DNA from: a virus
DNA length: 59,990 nucleotides
Virus record (IMG/VR): IMGVR_UViG_3300035533_000010
Location: 1-59,990 of that record
Strand: one strand, 5' to 3'
The position numbers were made by a program, and so were the translations under genes. The notes under the pieces were generated by a model that had not been told where the DNA came from, did not search any database, and was given only the letters and a program-made list of their open reading frames with translations. The stretch's first letter is position 1; every line of letters starts with the position of its first letter. Shown piece after piece: positions 47,987 to 57,128 of this stretch.

Positions 47987-50115
47987 TGGACCTCCTGACG
48001 CCCATATCCAAGCTCAAGGATGACTTTGATAAGCTGTCCCGGGTCCGCGAGATGCGGTCAAACGCTCACTATGCGTCGATTGACTGGTTGCAAGAAGCCC
48101 AGAAGTGTGCCGCTTTCAAGGCCGGGGATCAGTGGACAAGTGCTGAGAAAGAGGCGCTTGACGCCCTGGGCCGCGAGCCGATGGTATGGAACTACGTTCA
48201 CAGCATGGTTGAGTTGATAGTAGGGATACGGGCGCAGAACGAAATCAATATCACCTTGCAACCAGTGGAATCTTCCGACGGATTCCTGTGCGAGGTGGTT
48301 CAGAATTTGATCGACTGGATCGAGGAAAACCAGACCGATGCCCGGATTCTCGACGCTGAGGCGTTTGAGGATGCGGTTGTCACAGGCAGGGGGTTTAGGA
48401 CGGTTGATGTTCAGCCCAGGCCGGATAATCCGACTGAGGTCCAGTTCGTAGAAGAAAACGCCCCGTTCTGGCAGGTGAAGCTTGATCCCGGAAGCCGGAA
48501 ACAAGACCTGTCCGACGCCCGGTATGTAATTGTCGAAAAGTGGGTCAGCCTGGAAGATTTCAAAGTCCGATATCCTGATCACGCCGACAAGGTGGCGGAT
48601 ATCTTTTATGCACACGCGCAAGGCAGCCTTCACCAGCACACCAACTATGAATTTCTTGAGCCGTCCCACACGCTCGATGATGATTACACAGATTCTTTGA
48701 TTGACCATTACGACTTTGAAAATCTCCGGGTGTTGGTTTGTCAGGTAGAATACTTTGAAAACTACACACGCCACTACTGGATCGACGAAACCAACCCGGG
48801 CCGGTCACAGGAAATTGATTTAGAAGCGGCTCAGGCCATGCCGCCCAATCAGGTTCTGAAAGTTCCCGGAAAAAAAGTCCGGTGGCTGCACTACACCGGG
48901 GACTATATTCTGTACGACGACGATAGCCCGATCCACAGCGATCATTTTTCCGTCATCCCGATGTACGCATACCCGGACAAATCAAAGCGGACGTTGCAGC
49001 ATTATGGCATTGTCAAGCTGCTGATCGACCCACAACGAGAGTGCAACCGTCGCTGGCTTCAGTCAATCCGCCTGATGGCGAATCAGGGCGTGGGCTTGAT
49101 GGGGGAGGTTGACGCATTTCTCGACCTAGACCAGGCCCAAGAGTCATGGACCAACCCGGATGAGATCACCCTTTTGAAAGAGGGTGGCCTTGGCAAGATC
49201 AAAGAAAAGACCGCCATAGACTTTCCTGCCGCGTCGGTCCAGATGCAGGAAGTTTCCCGGGAATCCATGAAACAGATCTCCGGGATCAATTCGGACCTCA
49301 TGGGGTTCAGAGACAAGCAGGAACCGGGCATCGTACTCCAGTTGCGACAGCAGCAGGGCATGACCATCCTGGCGAGGATGTTTGAGAATTATCGGCGCAT
49401 GAGGGAACTGCTGGCCAGGTTAAAAGCGCACTTGGTCGTTCGGTATATCCCGGACTGGCAAATCCAGAAAATTCTGGGAGAAAATGACCGATACTTGATC
49501 CAGGAAGGCCACATCATCGACAAGGAGTATAACCTTGTTGCTCCGCTCCGGGCGATCCGGGATCTGAAGTACAATGTGAAATATGAATACTCAGAAGCCA
49601 ATATGACCAAAACCATGTCCGAGCTTGCAATATTTATGGACATGATTTCAAAAGGCTTTCCCGTTAACCCTGAAATCGTCATTGATAAGCTGGACCTGCC
49701 GGAGACCGAAAAGACGAAGTGGAAAGAGTACGTCAAGCGGGGTCAGGAACAGCAACAGCAAATGGCCCAGATGCAACAGCAAATGGCACAACAGCAAATG
49801 GGCGCTGAAATGCAAGAGAAACAACACAAGCTGGCCTTGGAAAACGAGAAAATGCGGGGCACGCTGGCTCTGAAAGACAAGGAAATCGAATACCGCAAGA
49901 TAATGAAAGATTCTGAGCTTGCAATGAAACAGCAGACCACCGCCGCTGAATTGACCATGGAAAAGACCATCGCCGATGAAGACCGCCGGGTGGATATTGC
50001 CGAGCTTGAAATCAAACGGGAAGGGCAGAGGGAAAAGACAAGGATTGATAAGGCAAAGGCCGTGACGGAGATTGGATCAAAAAATATGGTAACTTCCAAC
50101 CAGGGGGCAGAGTGA
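47986..50115 (+). CDS. Portal protein with Gln-rich C-terminal coiled coil
   Basis: 709 aa downstream of terL. The C-terminal QEQQQQMAQMQQQMAQQQMGAEMQEKQ helix resembles the barrel of P22-type portals. Confidence 0.8.
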   Translation: MDLLTPISKLKDDFDKLSRVREMRSNAHYASIDWLQEAQKCAAFKAGDQWTSAEKEALDALGREPMVWNYVHSMVELIVGIRAQNEINITLQPVESSDGFLCEVVQNLIDWIEENQTDARILDAEAFEDAVVTGRGFRTVDVQPRPDNPTEVQFVEENAPFWQVKLDPGSRKQDLSDARYVIVEKWVSLEDFKVRYPDHADKVADIFYAHAQGSLHQHTNYEFLEPSHTLDDDYTDSLIDHYDFENLRVLVCQVEYFENYTRHYWIDETNPGRSQEIDLEAAQAMPPNQVLKVPGKKVRWLHYTGDYILYDDDSPIHSDHFSVIPMYAYPDKSKRTLQHYGIVKLLIDPQRECNRRWLQSIRLMANQGVGLMGEVDAFLDLDQAQESWTNPDEITLLKEGGLGKIKEKTAIDFPAASVQMQEVSRESMKQISGINSDLMGFRDKQEPGIVLQLRQQQGMTILARMFENYRRMRELLARLKAHLVVRYIPDWQIQKILGENDRYLIQEGHIIDKEYNLVAPLRAIRDLKYNVKYEYSEANMTKTMSELAIFMDMISKGFPVNPEIVIDKLDLPETEKTKWKEYVKRGQEQQQQMAQMQQQMAQQQMGAEMQEKQHKLALENEKMRGTLALKDKEIEYRKIMKDSELAMKQQTTAAELTMEKTIADEDRRVDIAELEIKREGQREKTRIDKAKAVTEIGSKNMVTSNQGAE

Positions 50116-50306
50116 TTTGTAAATATGACGATAAAGTAACGTTGCCCGCTACCTGCCGGCACAAGTTTTTTCAGGACAAAGAATGGCAGGAAGAGTGGCA
50201 GGGAAAAATGGACGACGAAATTATGAAATATTTGGCGGACTCAAGCAACGGCGCAATCCCAGCCGACCATATGGGGGACTATATGAAATTGGATGAGAAT
50301 AAATGA
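50112..50306 (+). CDS. Hypothetical protein
   Basis: 64 aa. The GTG start overlaps the portal stop. Confidence 0.5.
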   Translation: MICKYDDKVTLPATCRHKFFQDKEWQEEWQGKMDDEIMKYLADSSNGAIPADHMGDYMKLDENK

Positions 50307-50455
50307 CCCAGGCCCAGGCATTACAAATCAAAAATGAGCTGATAGAATTTGCCAAGAAGTATGGCTTGTGGGTTGAGGAAAAAATGATCCGCAAGCCGGA
50401 TTTGAAGGACATAATTTTAACCATATCATTAAGGATCACAAAGAATGACCAATGA
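50303..50455 (+). CDS. Possible 50-aa protein (below the track threshold)
   Basis: MTQAQALQIKNELIEFAKKYGLWVEEKMIRKPDLKDIILTISLRITKNDQ, with ATGA overlap. Confidence 0.4.
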   Translation: MTQAQALQIKNELIEFAKKYGLWVEEKMIRKPDLKDIILTISLRITKNDQ

Positions 50456-50774
50456 CGAAGCACAAAAAGAAATGACGGAAAAAGAAAAGAATTGCCTGAA
50501 AGCCGTTGCCGGGTTGCGCGGGCAAATTGAAATTCTCAATGAGGTTTGGGAAAGTGTTGCTGACCAGCTTTTATCCGATCTCGGCTTTCTTGATGAAAAA
50601 GACAATTCTGAAATCTATGACGATATTTCCCGGCTTGAAAGTCATGCCAAGGGCCTTTATTGGGACCTGTTCGGAAACATCATGTATGGTGTTGAGGGTA
50701 GGCTAAAAAGAAAAGACACAGAATGGGAAAAGAAAAACCCAAACTGGAAAGATAGGATAGATAACGGAAAATAG
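50445..50774 (+). CDS. Hypothetical protein
   Basis: 109-aa ORF in the head module. Confidence 0.6.
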   Translation: MTNDEAQKEMTEKEKNCLKAVAGLRGQIEILNEVWESVADQLLSDLGFLDEKDNSEIYDDISRLESHAKGLYWDLFGNIMYGVEGRLKRKDTEWEKKNPNWKDRIDNGK

Positions 50775-50817
50775 CATAACAACATAGCCGCAAGGCACAA
50801 CCAGAGCATCATTAGAG

Positions 50818-50855
50818 CCGGTTGAATCCCACACAGGGGTTTACCGGTTTTTTTT
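50818..50855 (+). terminator. Rho-independent terminator
   Basis: CCGGT/ACCGG (50818-22 with 50843-47) and AATCCC/GGGGTT (50825-30 with 50836-41), followed by T8 (50848-50855). Confidence 0.65.
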
Positions 50856-50859
50856 ATTT

Positions 50860-50909
50860 ATGCCGCCTCCGGGCCATCGGGAGATGCCGCCTCCGGGCAG
50901 AATCGGGAG
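50860..50909 (+). repeat. Tandem direct repeat (24 + 26 nt): ATGCCGCCTCCGGGC..CGGGAG x2
   Basis: Copies at 50860-50883 and 50884-50909. They lie between the terminator and the scaffold SD (AAGGAGA at 50912). Confidence 0.85.
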
Positions 50910-50923
50910 CTAAGGAGATAGAA

Positions 50924-51982
50924 ATGGTCACAGAACAGGACATTGACAACATGCTGGGTGAGGACGAAGCCGAGGGCCAGGAAGTTGAGGTCAAAGAGGT
51001 CAAAGATCAGGAAGAGGGCGAAGTCCAAGAGCAAGAAGTCAAAAACGATGAGCAGGAAGAAACCGAAACGGGAGACGAGAAGGCGACTCCGGCCTCGGAA
51101 CTGACACCTGAACAAATCATCGAGCAGCAGAACGAACGGCTGAAAGAACTGGAAAAGGCGAACAACGGCATTTTGCAGGCCAAGACATCTGCAGCGGCTC
51201 GGGCAAGACAGGCACAAGAGGAATCCAAGGCGCTCAAGGAAAGACTGGCAGCTTTAGAAAAACAAATAGAGCTGACCAAGGCCGCAAAGGCAGACACGGA
51301 AACGGTGGATGGAGATCAGAAGATTGACCGGATACAAGTTGATTTTGACGATGACGGAAACGCGTTTGTCCCTATCGACAGAATCCCGGCGAACAACGAT
51401 CTGGTGAAAAAACTTCAAGCTCTTGAGTCTGAACTGAACCAAACCAAGCACACACTGACAGAAACACAGCGGCAGCGTGAATTACAGGAAAGCATGAACG
51501 ATTTTCTCAGCCAGAAGGAAGGCTGGAAAGAGGCGTTCCCCGTGTTGCAGGAGCAAAGCCAATACCTGTCAGCAATGTTTGATCAGTTTGTCAATCAGAA
51601 CCAGATCGACATGCCACCCGACCGCCAGGCTGCCAAAGATATTGCGTATGAGATCGCGTCACACCCAAGTTTTCAATCTCAGTTTCGGGCCAAATACCCG
51701 GACGGCGATCCTGAACGGGTGATGCAGGCGTATTTAAACGGAGGGAAGTATTACACCGCAAAAGCCCTTGACGCAATCGCCGCAGCAAAAAATCCAGTCT
51801 CAGCACACAAGCCGTTACCCAAAAACAAACCCGCTGCCCTGGGCACTGTGATCGGATCAGGCACCGGCAAAGAAACAGAATCACTGGAAAAATACGCCGA
51901 CATGGACCTTGAAGATTTTCTCCGGTTAAGCCCGGACGAAGAAAGGCGCATGGAACGGCTGCTTAAAGAAAAAGGAAGGTAA
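50924..51982 (+). CDS. Scaffolding protein candidate
   Basis: I prefer ATG 50924 (AAGGAGA upstream). It has an acidic N-terminus and long coiled coils, and sits immediately upstream of the capsid gene. Confidence 0.7.
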   Translation: MVTEQDIDNMLGEDEAEGQEVEVKEVKDQEEGEVQEQEVKNDEQEETETGDEKATPASELTPEQIIEQQNERLKELEKANNGILQAKTSAAARARQAQEESKALKERLAALEKQIELTKAAKADTETVDGDQKIDRIQVDFDDDGNAFVPIDRIPANNDLVKKLQALESELNQTKHTLTETQRQRELQESMNDFLSQKEGWKEAFPVLQEQSQYLSAMFDQFVNQNQIDMPPDRQAAKDIAYEIASHPSFQSQFRAKYPDGDPERVMQAYLNGGKYYTAKALDAIAAAKNPVSAHKPLPKNKPAALGTVIGSGTGKETESLEKYADMDLEDFLRLSPDEERRMERLLKEKGR

Positions 51983-51985
51983 CAG

Positions 51986-53077
51986 ATGGCTGAATTAGAT
52001 TTTGGTACTAACGACTCCCAGACCGTAAAGATTTGGGGAAAGAAACTGATGAAGGTAGCCCTGGGTCAGACTTTGTTTTTTAAGAAGTTCCTGGGCACGG
52101 GCGAAGATGCCCTTATTTACTGGCACAAAGACCTGGAGAAAGCCAACGGCGACCAGATCAAGTACGATCTTTTGGTCGAATTGGGGCAGGATGGTGTGAC
52201 CGGTTCTAACGAACTGGAAGGCAACGAGGAGAATCTGGACTTCCAGCAGGACACGATCAACATCGAACAACTGAGACACGCAACCGGCTGGACCCTGATG
52301 AGTTCTCAGAGAACCGTTCACGACCTGAGAGATTCCGCAACCTGGGCGCTGGGTAGATGGTGGGCAAGAAAGTTTGAATCCTACATGTTCCGGTATCTGT
52401 GCGGCGACATCACCATCAACCACGCGCAGGCGGGCGGGACAGTAGCAGGGACCACAGCATACGACAGCAATCACGTCGTTTATGCTGGGTCCGCAACGTC
52501 CGAGGCAACCCTGACCACCAACGACCGATTTACCCTGCCTCTGATCGATTACTGTATCGAGAATGCAAAGACCCAGGATAACCGGATGGTACCCGTTATG
52601 ATCGACGGGAAACAGCACTGGGTTATGGTACTGCACCCGTTTTCCGTGACCGACCTGAAGCTGAACGTCGGCGGGTCCACATCCAGCAAATGGATGGAAA
52701 TCCAGAGAGAAGCAAACAACAGGGGCAAAGACAACCCGATCTTTACCGGCGCCCTGGGTGTTTACAACAACACCATCCTGTTTGAATCCCAGGACATTTT
52801 CAAATCCAGGGCCGCCGCTGACGCATCCGGCGAAGTGCGCCGGAACCTGTTCCTTGCTGCCCGGGCTGGCTGTTTTGCCATGGGTAACGCCTACGACAAG
52901 ATGGAGCAGAAAAAAATGGGCGGGAACAACCTGCTGAACTGGTTCGAGTATTTCCGTGACGCAAATGACAAACGGTTTGTCAAGGCAGGATGCGTGTTCG
53001 GTATCAAAAAATCCGTGTTTGACGGTGAGGACTATGGAACGATTACGGTCCCCTGTTACGCAAAAGCCGCATTCTAA
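51986..53077 (+). CDS. Major capsid protein, N4-gp56-like (DUF4043-type HK97 fold)
   Basis: VKIWGKKLMKVALGQTLFFKKFLG...DLEKANGDQIKYDLLVELGQDGVTGSNELEGNEENLDFQQDTINIEQLRHA matches the conserved N-terminal pattern of N4-type capsid proteins. Confidence 0.8.
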   Translation: MAELDFGTNDSQTVKIWGKKLMKVALGQTLFFKKFLGTGEDALIYWHKDLEKANGDQIKYDLLVELGQDGVTGSNELEGNEENLDFQQDTINIEQLRHATGWTLMSSQRTVHDLRDSATWALGRWWARKFESYMFRYLCGDITINHAQAGGTVAGTTAYDSNHVVYAGSATSEATLTTNDRFTLPLIDYCIENAKTQDNRMVPVMIDGKQHWVMVLHPFSVTDLKLNVGGSTSSKWMEIQREANNRGKDNPIFTGALGVYNNTILFESQDIFKSRAAADASGEVRRNLFLAARAGCFAMGNAYDKMEQKKMGGNNLLNWFEYFRDANDKRFVKAGCVFGIKKSVFDGEDYGTITVPCYAKAAF

Positions 53078-53088
53078 GGAGGTGACAC

Positions 53089-53535
53089 ATGGCTACTACT
53101 TATAACTTTACCAATGGATCTATTTCCGGGGCTATGTACCCGGCAGAGACGACCCTGCACGAAAACGAAATCGTTGTCCGCAGAAACATTGTGGATTTTT
53201 CCATCCAAAGCTTAGATGCCGGTGAGGCGGATGTGGCTCAGGTCCTTAAGATTCCTGCAAAAACAACTGTTCTCCGAGCAGGTATCAGAGTGATTACCGC
53301 GGAAACCGCAAACGGTACTGTGGATCTGGGTTACGGGGGCGATGTGGACGAGTGGGGAGATGGCGTATCCCTGGCCACGGCAGATGCTGTTGTGGGTATG
53401 CTGGATTCACCGGTGTATTTTGCATCCGCAGACACTATCGATATCGTTGCAACCACCGATGGGGCAGATGTGGATATCGACGGCGCAAAGATTGAGGTGT
53501 TCGCACTGATGTACAAGCACGTTGACAGCAATTAA
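53089..53535 (+). CDS. Capsid decoration-like protein, short paralog
   Basis: 148 aa. The TAAGGAGGTGACACATGGC start region is identical to that of the next gene. The protein aligns to both ends of the 316-aa paralog. Confidence 0.6.
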   Translation: MATTYNFTNGSISGAMYPAETTLHENEIVVRRNIVDFSIQSLDAGEADVAQVLKIPAKTTVLRAGIRVITAETANGTVDLGYGGDVDEWGDGVSLATADAVVGMLDSPVYFASADTIDIVATTDGADVDIDGAKIEVFALMYKHVDSN

Positions 53536-53546
53536 GGAGGTGACAC

Positions 53547-54497
53547 ATGGCAACATTGAACTTCCTTAACGCTTCTGTGCAGGGCACCAGATCTGTGCAG
53601 CAGCCGGTCCTTGAACCCGGTCAGATTACCGTTGTCCGAAATTATATCGACTGCACCCAACAGACGATTGATGCCGGTGATGGGGATGTGGCCCAGGTTG
53701 TTCAGGTGCCGGCGGAAACGCTGGTTCTGGATTGCTTTTTACAGGCGTCCACGGCAGAGACGGCAGACGCGACGTGCGACCTGGGATATGGATCTGACGC
53801 TGATTACTGGGGTGCGAATCTCAACCTGGATGTGACCGGGGCCGTCCCGACGATTCTGACCGGATCGGATACCTGGGATGCGTCTTCGATTCCTGCGGCC
53901 CCCGCTATGTTAAGCGGTACCGCCACATGGGACGCGGCCAGCATTGCCGACGGCGACGAAGAAGCGCAGGAAATCACGGTAACTGGTGCGGCCCTGGGCG
54001 ACCGGGTGATTGTCACGGCCAGCATTGACCTGGCAGACTTGATTCTTTCCGGGTCTGTGACGGCAGCGGACACCGTGACGGCGGTTCTTGCCAACAACAC
54101 CGGCGGGGCCATTGATCTGGCGTCCATGACAGTCACGGCTTATGTAATTTCCGGCACCTCTATCGAGGCCAAGGATATCACTGTGGCCGGGGCGTCTCTG
54201 GGCGACAAGGTGACAGCTATCCCGAGCATCGACGTGACGGATTTGATGATCAGTGCCAGCGTAACGGCGGAAGACACAGTGACAGTGGTCCTTTCAAATA
54301 CCACCGGGACCGCCGTGAACCTTGCATCCATGACCATGAGCGTTGTGGTGGACAAGGGCAACAAGCGCGGCCAGCCGCTGTATTTCTCATCTGCTGACAC
54401 CATCGACATCACCGCGAAGACGACCAACGGGGATGTTGATATCGACGGGTTTCAGGGCTATGTTATCGCAACCATGCTGAGTTTCAAACAACGATAA
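53547..54497 (+). CDS. Capsid decoration-like protein, long paralog with two inserted ~62-aa repeats
   Basis: The insert carries EAQEITVTGAALGDRVIVTASIDLADLILSGSVTAADTVTAVLANNTGGAIDLASMTVTAYV and EAKDITVAGASLGDKVTAIPSIDVTDLMISASVTAEDTVTVVLSNTTGTAVNLASMTMSVVV. Confidence 0.6.
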   Translation: MATLNFLNASVQGTRSVQQPVLEPGQITVVRNYIDCTQQTIDAGDGDVAQVVQVPAETLVLDCFLQASTAETADATCDLGYGSDADYWGANLNLDVTGAVPTILTGSDTWDASSIPAAPAMLSGTATWDAASIADGDEEAQEITVTGAALGDRVIVTASIDLADLILSGSVTAADTVTAVLANNTGGAIDLASMTVTAYVISGTSIEAKDITVAGASLGDKVTAIPSIDVTDLMISASVTAEDTVTVVLSNTTGTAVNLASMTMSVVVDKGNKRGQPLYFSSADTIDITAKTTNGDVDIDGFQGYVIATMLSFKQR

Positions 54498-54504
54498 ACG
54501 GAGG

Positions 54505-54529
54505 CGGGGGGAGAAATCCCCCCGTTTAT
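54505..54529 (+). terminator. Terminator-like hairpin CGGGGGG-agaaat-CCCCCCG followed by TTTAT
   Basis: The 7-bp G/C stem is at 54505-54511 and 54518-54524, after the highly expressed head genes. Confidence 0.55.
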
Positions 54530-54531
54530 AA

Positions 54532-55137
54532 ATGGCCACAATCACAACTGAAATAGCTGCAATCCGGTATGATCTGAGGGATGAAAGCGAGACTCAATAC
54601 ACGGATGCAATGCTGGTTGATTTTTATAACCGGTGCGTCCGGGCCTTAAACTCCGCCCTTGCTTCTGTCAAAAGTGACCGGGTGTTTGCTGACGACACTC
54701 TGACGATTTTATCCGGCAATAATTATGTGGCCTTGCCTTCTGATTTTTCTTCACCCATTTCGGTTGAGATCGACGATGATCCTTTGACCAAAAAGGATTT
54801 GCGAGTGGTAAAAAGATGGCAGCAGGAAACATCCTCCGGGACCCCGGCTTATTACGCCATCCACAAAACCAACCTGGTTTTTGAAAGGGCAGCTGGATCG
54901 GACACAAGCTGTTACCTCCAATATCACGAAAAGGCAACAGAACTGGCTCTTGGAGATTCCATGCCCTATGCCGACGAGTTCAACGACGCTCTGAAAACAG
55001 CCGTCATTATGGTGGCAAAGAACAGGGTTGAAAGAGATATTTCCGGGGATTACGCATTGCAGACGTTTTTCACCAATGCTGCTATGGGTAACGTGGTCAG
55101 GAGATCGTTCAGCCAAAAACGCAACCTGGGGTACTGA
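54532..55137 (+). CDS. Head-tail connector/adaptor candidate
   Basis: 201 aa and the first gene after the head module. The call rests on position only. Confidence 0.45.
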   Translation: MATITTEIAAIRYDLRDESETQYTDAMLVDFYNRCVRALNSALASVKSDRVFADDTLTILSGNNYVALPSDFSSPISVEIDDDPLTKKDLRVVKRWQQETSSGTPAYYAIHKTNLVFERAAGSDTSCYLQYHEKATELALGDSMPYADEFNDALKTAVIMVAKNRVERDISGDYALQTFFTNAAMGNVVRRSFSQKRNLGY

Positions 55138-57128
55138 TGTTAAGATTCCCGCCTTATATAGCCAGGCCACGGGCCAGAAAACAAGAAGGAAACATTGCCT
55201 ACCAGGGCTTCCCCTTGGGAGAGAATACCTCTGTGCCCCCCTTGCTTCTCAAGCCCCAGGAACTGGAAGAATGCATCGATTTCAAAATGAACCCAGGGGG
55301 CAGACTGGAAACCAGGCCGCCCGTGGTAAAGCTGATCACCACCGATCTGAAAAATGTGGTGGACATTCGGGACTGTATCATCGCCGGCACCACCCGAACC
55401 ATTATTACAGCGGGCACCGTTGCAGATGGGTACAAATGCTACTACAAAAACGGCACCGTTGCGACTCTGATCGGAACCATCGATGGAGCGGCCAAAATAG
55501 CCCCATACAATAACGTTGCCCTTATATGTGATGGGTCGTACCTGAAATACCTGGACGGCGTAACAGCGGTTAAGATGGCTTATGATGACGGGGATGAAAC
55601 CAATACTGCCGGCGGGGCCATGTATAACAATTATTCAGGGGATCAGGACGGCACCACGGCGATTTCTGCAAGTGGAACCGGGTGTACCTTTACAACGCCG
55701 GATTGGGGCAATTCCCTGACCATACCCCCAACAAGGGTATGGGTCCACTGTCAGGAATCAGTGGACCCTGCCTCTATCACGGCAGAGATTGTCGATCCTT
55801 CCGATTCAACTGTCATGGCAACCGTGGCCTATACCGGCACCGTTCCGTCAGCTTCAGCGGATTACATCGAGATCAATTTCGGAACAATCGCAAACGAACT
55901 GGAAGCGGACACCACTTATTATTGTTTGATAAAAGGGTCAAACCTTAACATCTCTCATACCACAGTTGCATCGGGTGGGGCGCTTATTACAACCGGATCC
56001 ACCCCGGATACGACCAAAGATCCGGTAATGAGGGTCAACCCCGGCCTCCCCCCAAAAGCAGGTTGGGCGATTGTGTCTAATACCCGCGTGTTTGTTTACG
56101 ATCCAGACTATCCCGGGTCTTTGAGTTTCGGGAATCTGTCACACCTGGATTGGTCCACAATCGACGGCGGCGGTTATGTCACGACGATTGACAACAGCCG
56201 GACCTCTTTCAAAATCGGTGCAGCCCAAGACCTTTACGGTGAGCTTTATGTTTACGGCACACAAGATCAGCCGTTCCTTTGCAAACTCACAGGTTCAAGC
56301 CCATCTGACTATTCCCTTCCGCTTTTGTTCCAAAGGATATGGGCCACATCCGACACCATCCAAAATACCGGATCGGATATCTGGACCGCTCCTTCGGACG
56401 GAGTGGATGCCTTGTCCGGTGTTCAGGAGTACGGAGATCTGAGAACGTTTTCGGCTTCGGACCCAATAAAAGACCAGCTTGCCTCTTACTGGTCATCTTC
56501 TGCTATCACAGGATACCACCCCGCGGATGGTCAGTTTTGGCTTTATATGCCCGGTTCGGACTATGTCAATATCTGCCACACCAAACAGGCCATAAGAGAC
56601 CAGAGCGGACAGGTACGGTATCCCTGGACCAGATATGACTTACCTGTTACACCAACCTGTTTTTCACCCACGGTTGACGGCTTCTTAATCGGTTCAAGTG
56701 ATGGGTACGTTTACAATCTTGACACTTCCGAATACAAAGACCTGACCACAACTCAAATCTATCCATCTTTTAAAACCGCCCGGATAGACATGCCTGCCAG
56801 ACAGTTCAATCTGATCATGGTTCAGTTTGCCGGGCATTCAAAAGCAGGGGCAACTTTCAACTTCGATATTTACAAAGACGGAAACACCCTGGAATCGGTG
56901 AATACTTATTCCGTCACATTCCCGATGTCAGACGCCTTGACCGTTGACGAGCTGACCATGGATATTGACGATATGCTGTTTACCATATCACCGGAGCAAA
57001 CACCTTTATTTTTTGACATAAACCTCAATGTAGTATCGGCACAGCTTGAAGTTTCAGACGTTTTCATTTCAGGCTATCCGGTCTTTTTCGATGGAATCTT
57101 TATAACATACAGAGCGTTGGAGCAATAA
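55137..57128 (+). CDS. Tail structural protein (663 aa)
   Basis: Large beta-rich ORF, translationally coupled to its neighbours. No motif recognised. Confidence 0.55.
   Translation: MLRFPPYIARPRARKQEGNIAYQGFPLGENTSVPPLLLKPQELEECIDFKMNPGGRLETRPPVVKLITTDLKNVVDIRDCIIAGTTRTIITAGTVADGYKCYYKNGTVATLIGTIDGAAKIAPYNNVALICDGSYLKYLDGVTAVKMAYDDGDETNTAGGAMYNNYSGDQDGTTAISASGTGCTFTTPDWGNSLTIPPTRVWVHCQESVDPASITAEIVDPSDSTVMATVAYTGTVPSASADYIEINFGTIANELEADTTYYCLIKGSNLNISHTTVASGGALITTGSTPDTTKDPVMRVNPGLPPKAGWAIVSNTRVFVYDPDYPGSLSFGNLSHLDWSTIDGGGYVTTIDNSRTSFKIGAAQDLYGELYVYGTQDQPFLCKLTGSSPSDYSLPLLFQRIWATSDTIQNTGSDIWTAPSDGVDALSGVQEYGDLRTFSASDPIKDQLASYWSSSAITGYHPADGQFWLYMPGSDYVNICHTKQAIRDQSGQVRYPWTRYDLPVTPTCFSPTVDGFLIGSSDGYVYNLDTSEYKDLTTTQIYPSFKTARIDMPARQFNLIMVQFAGHSKAGATFNFDIYKDGNTLESVNTYSVTFPMSDALTVDELTMDIDDMLFTISPEQTPLFFDINLNVVSAQLEVSDVFISGYPVFFDGIFITYRALEQ

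Noticed and set aside
48058-48774. 238-aa antisense ORF in the portal gene and 213-aa antisense ORF in the capsid gene (51995-52636)
   Set aside because: They are shadow ORFs inside strongly supported structural genes.
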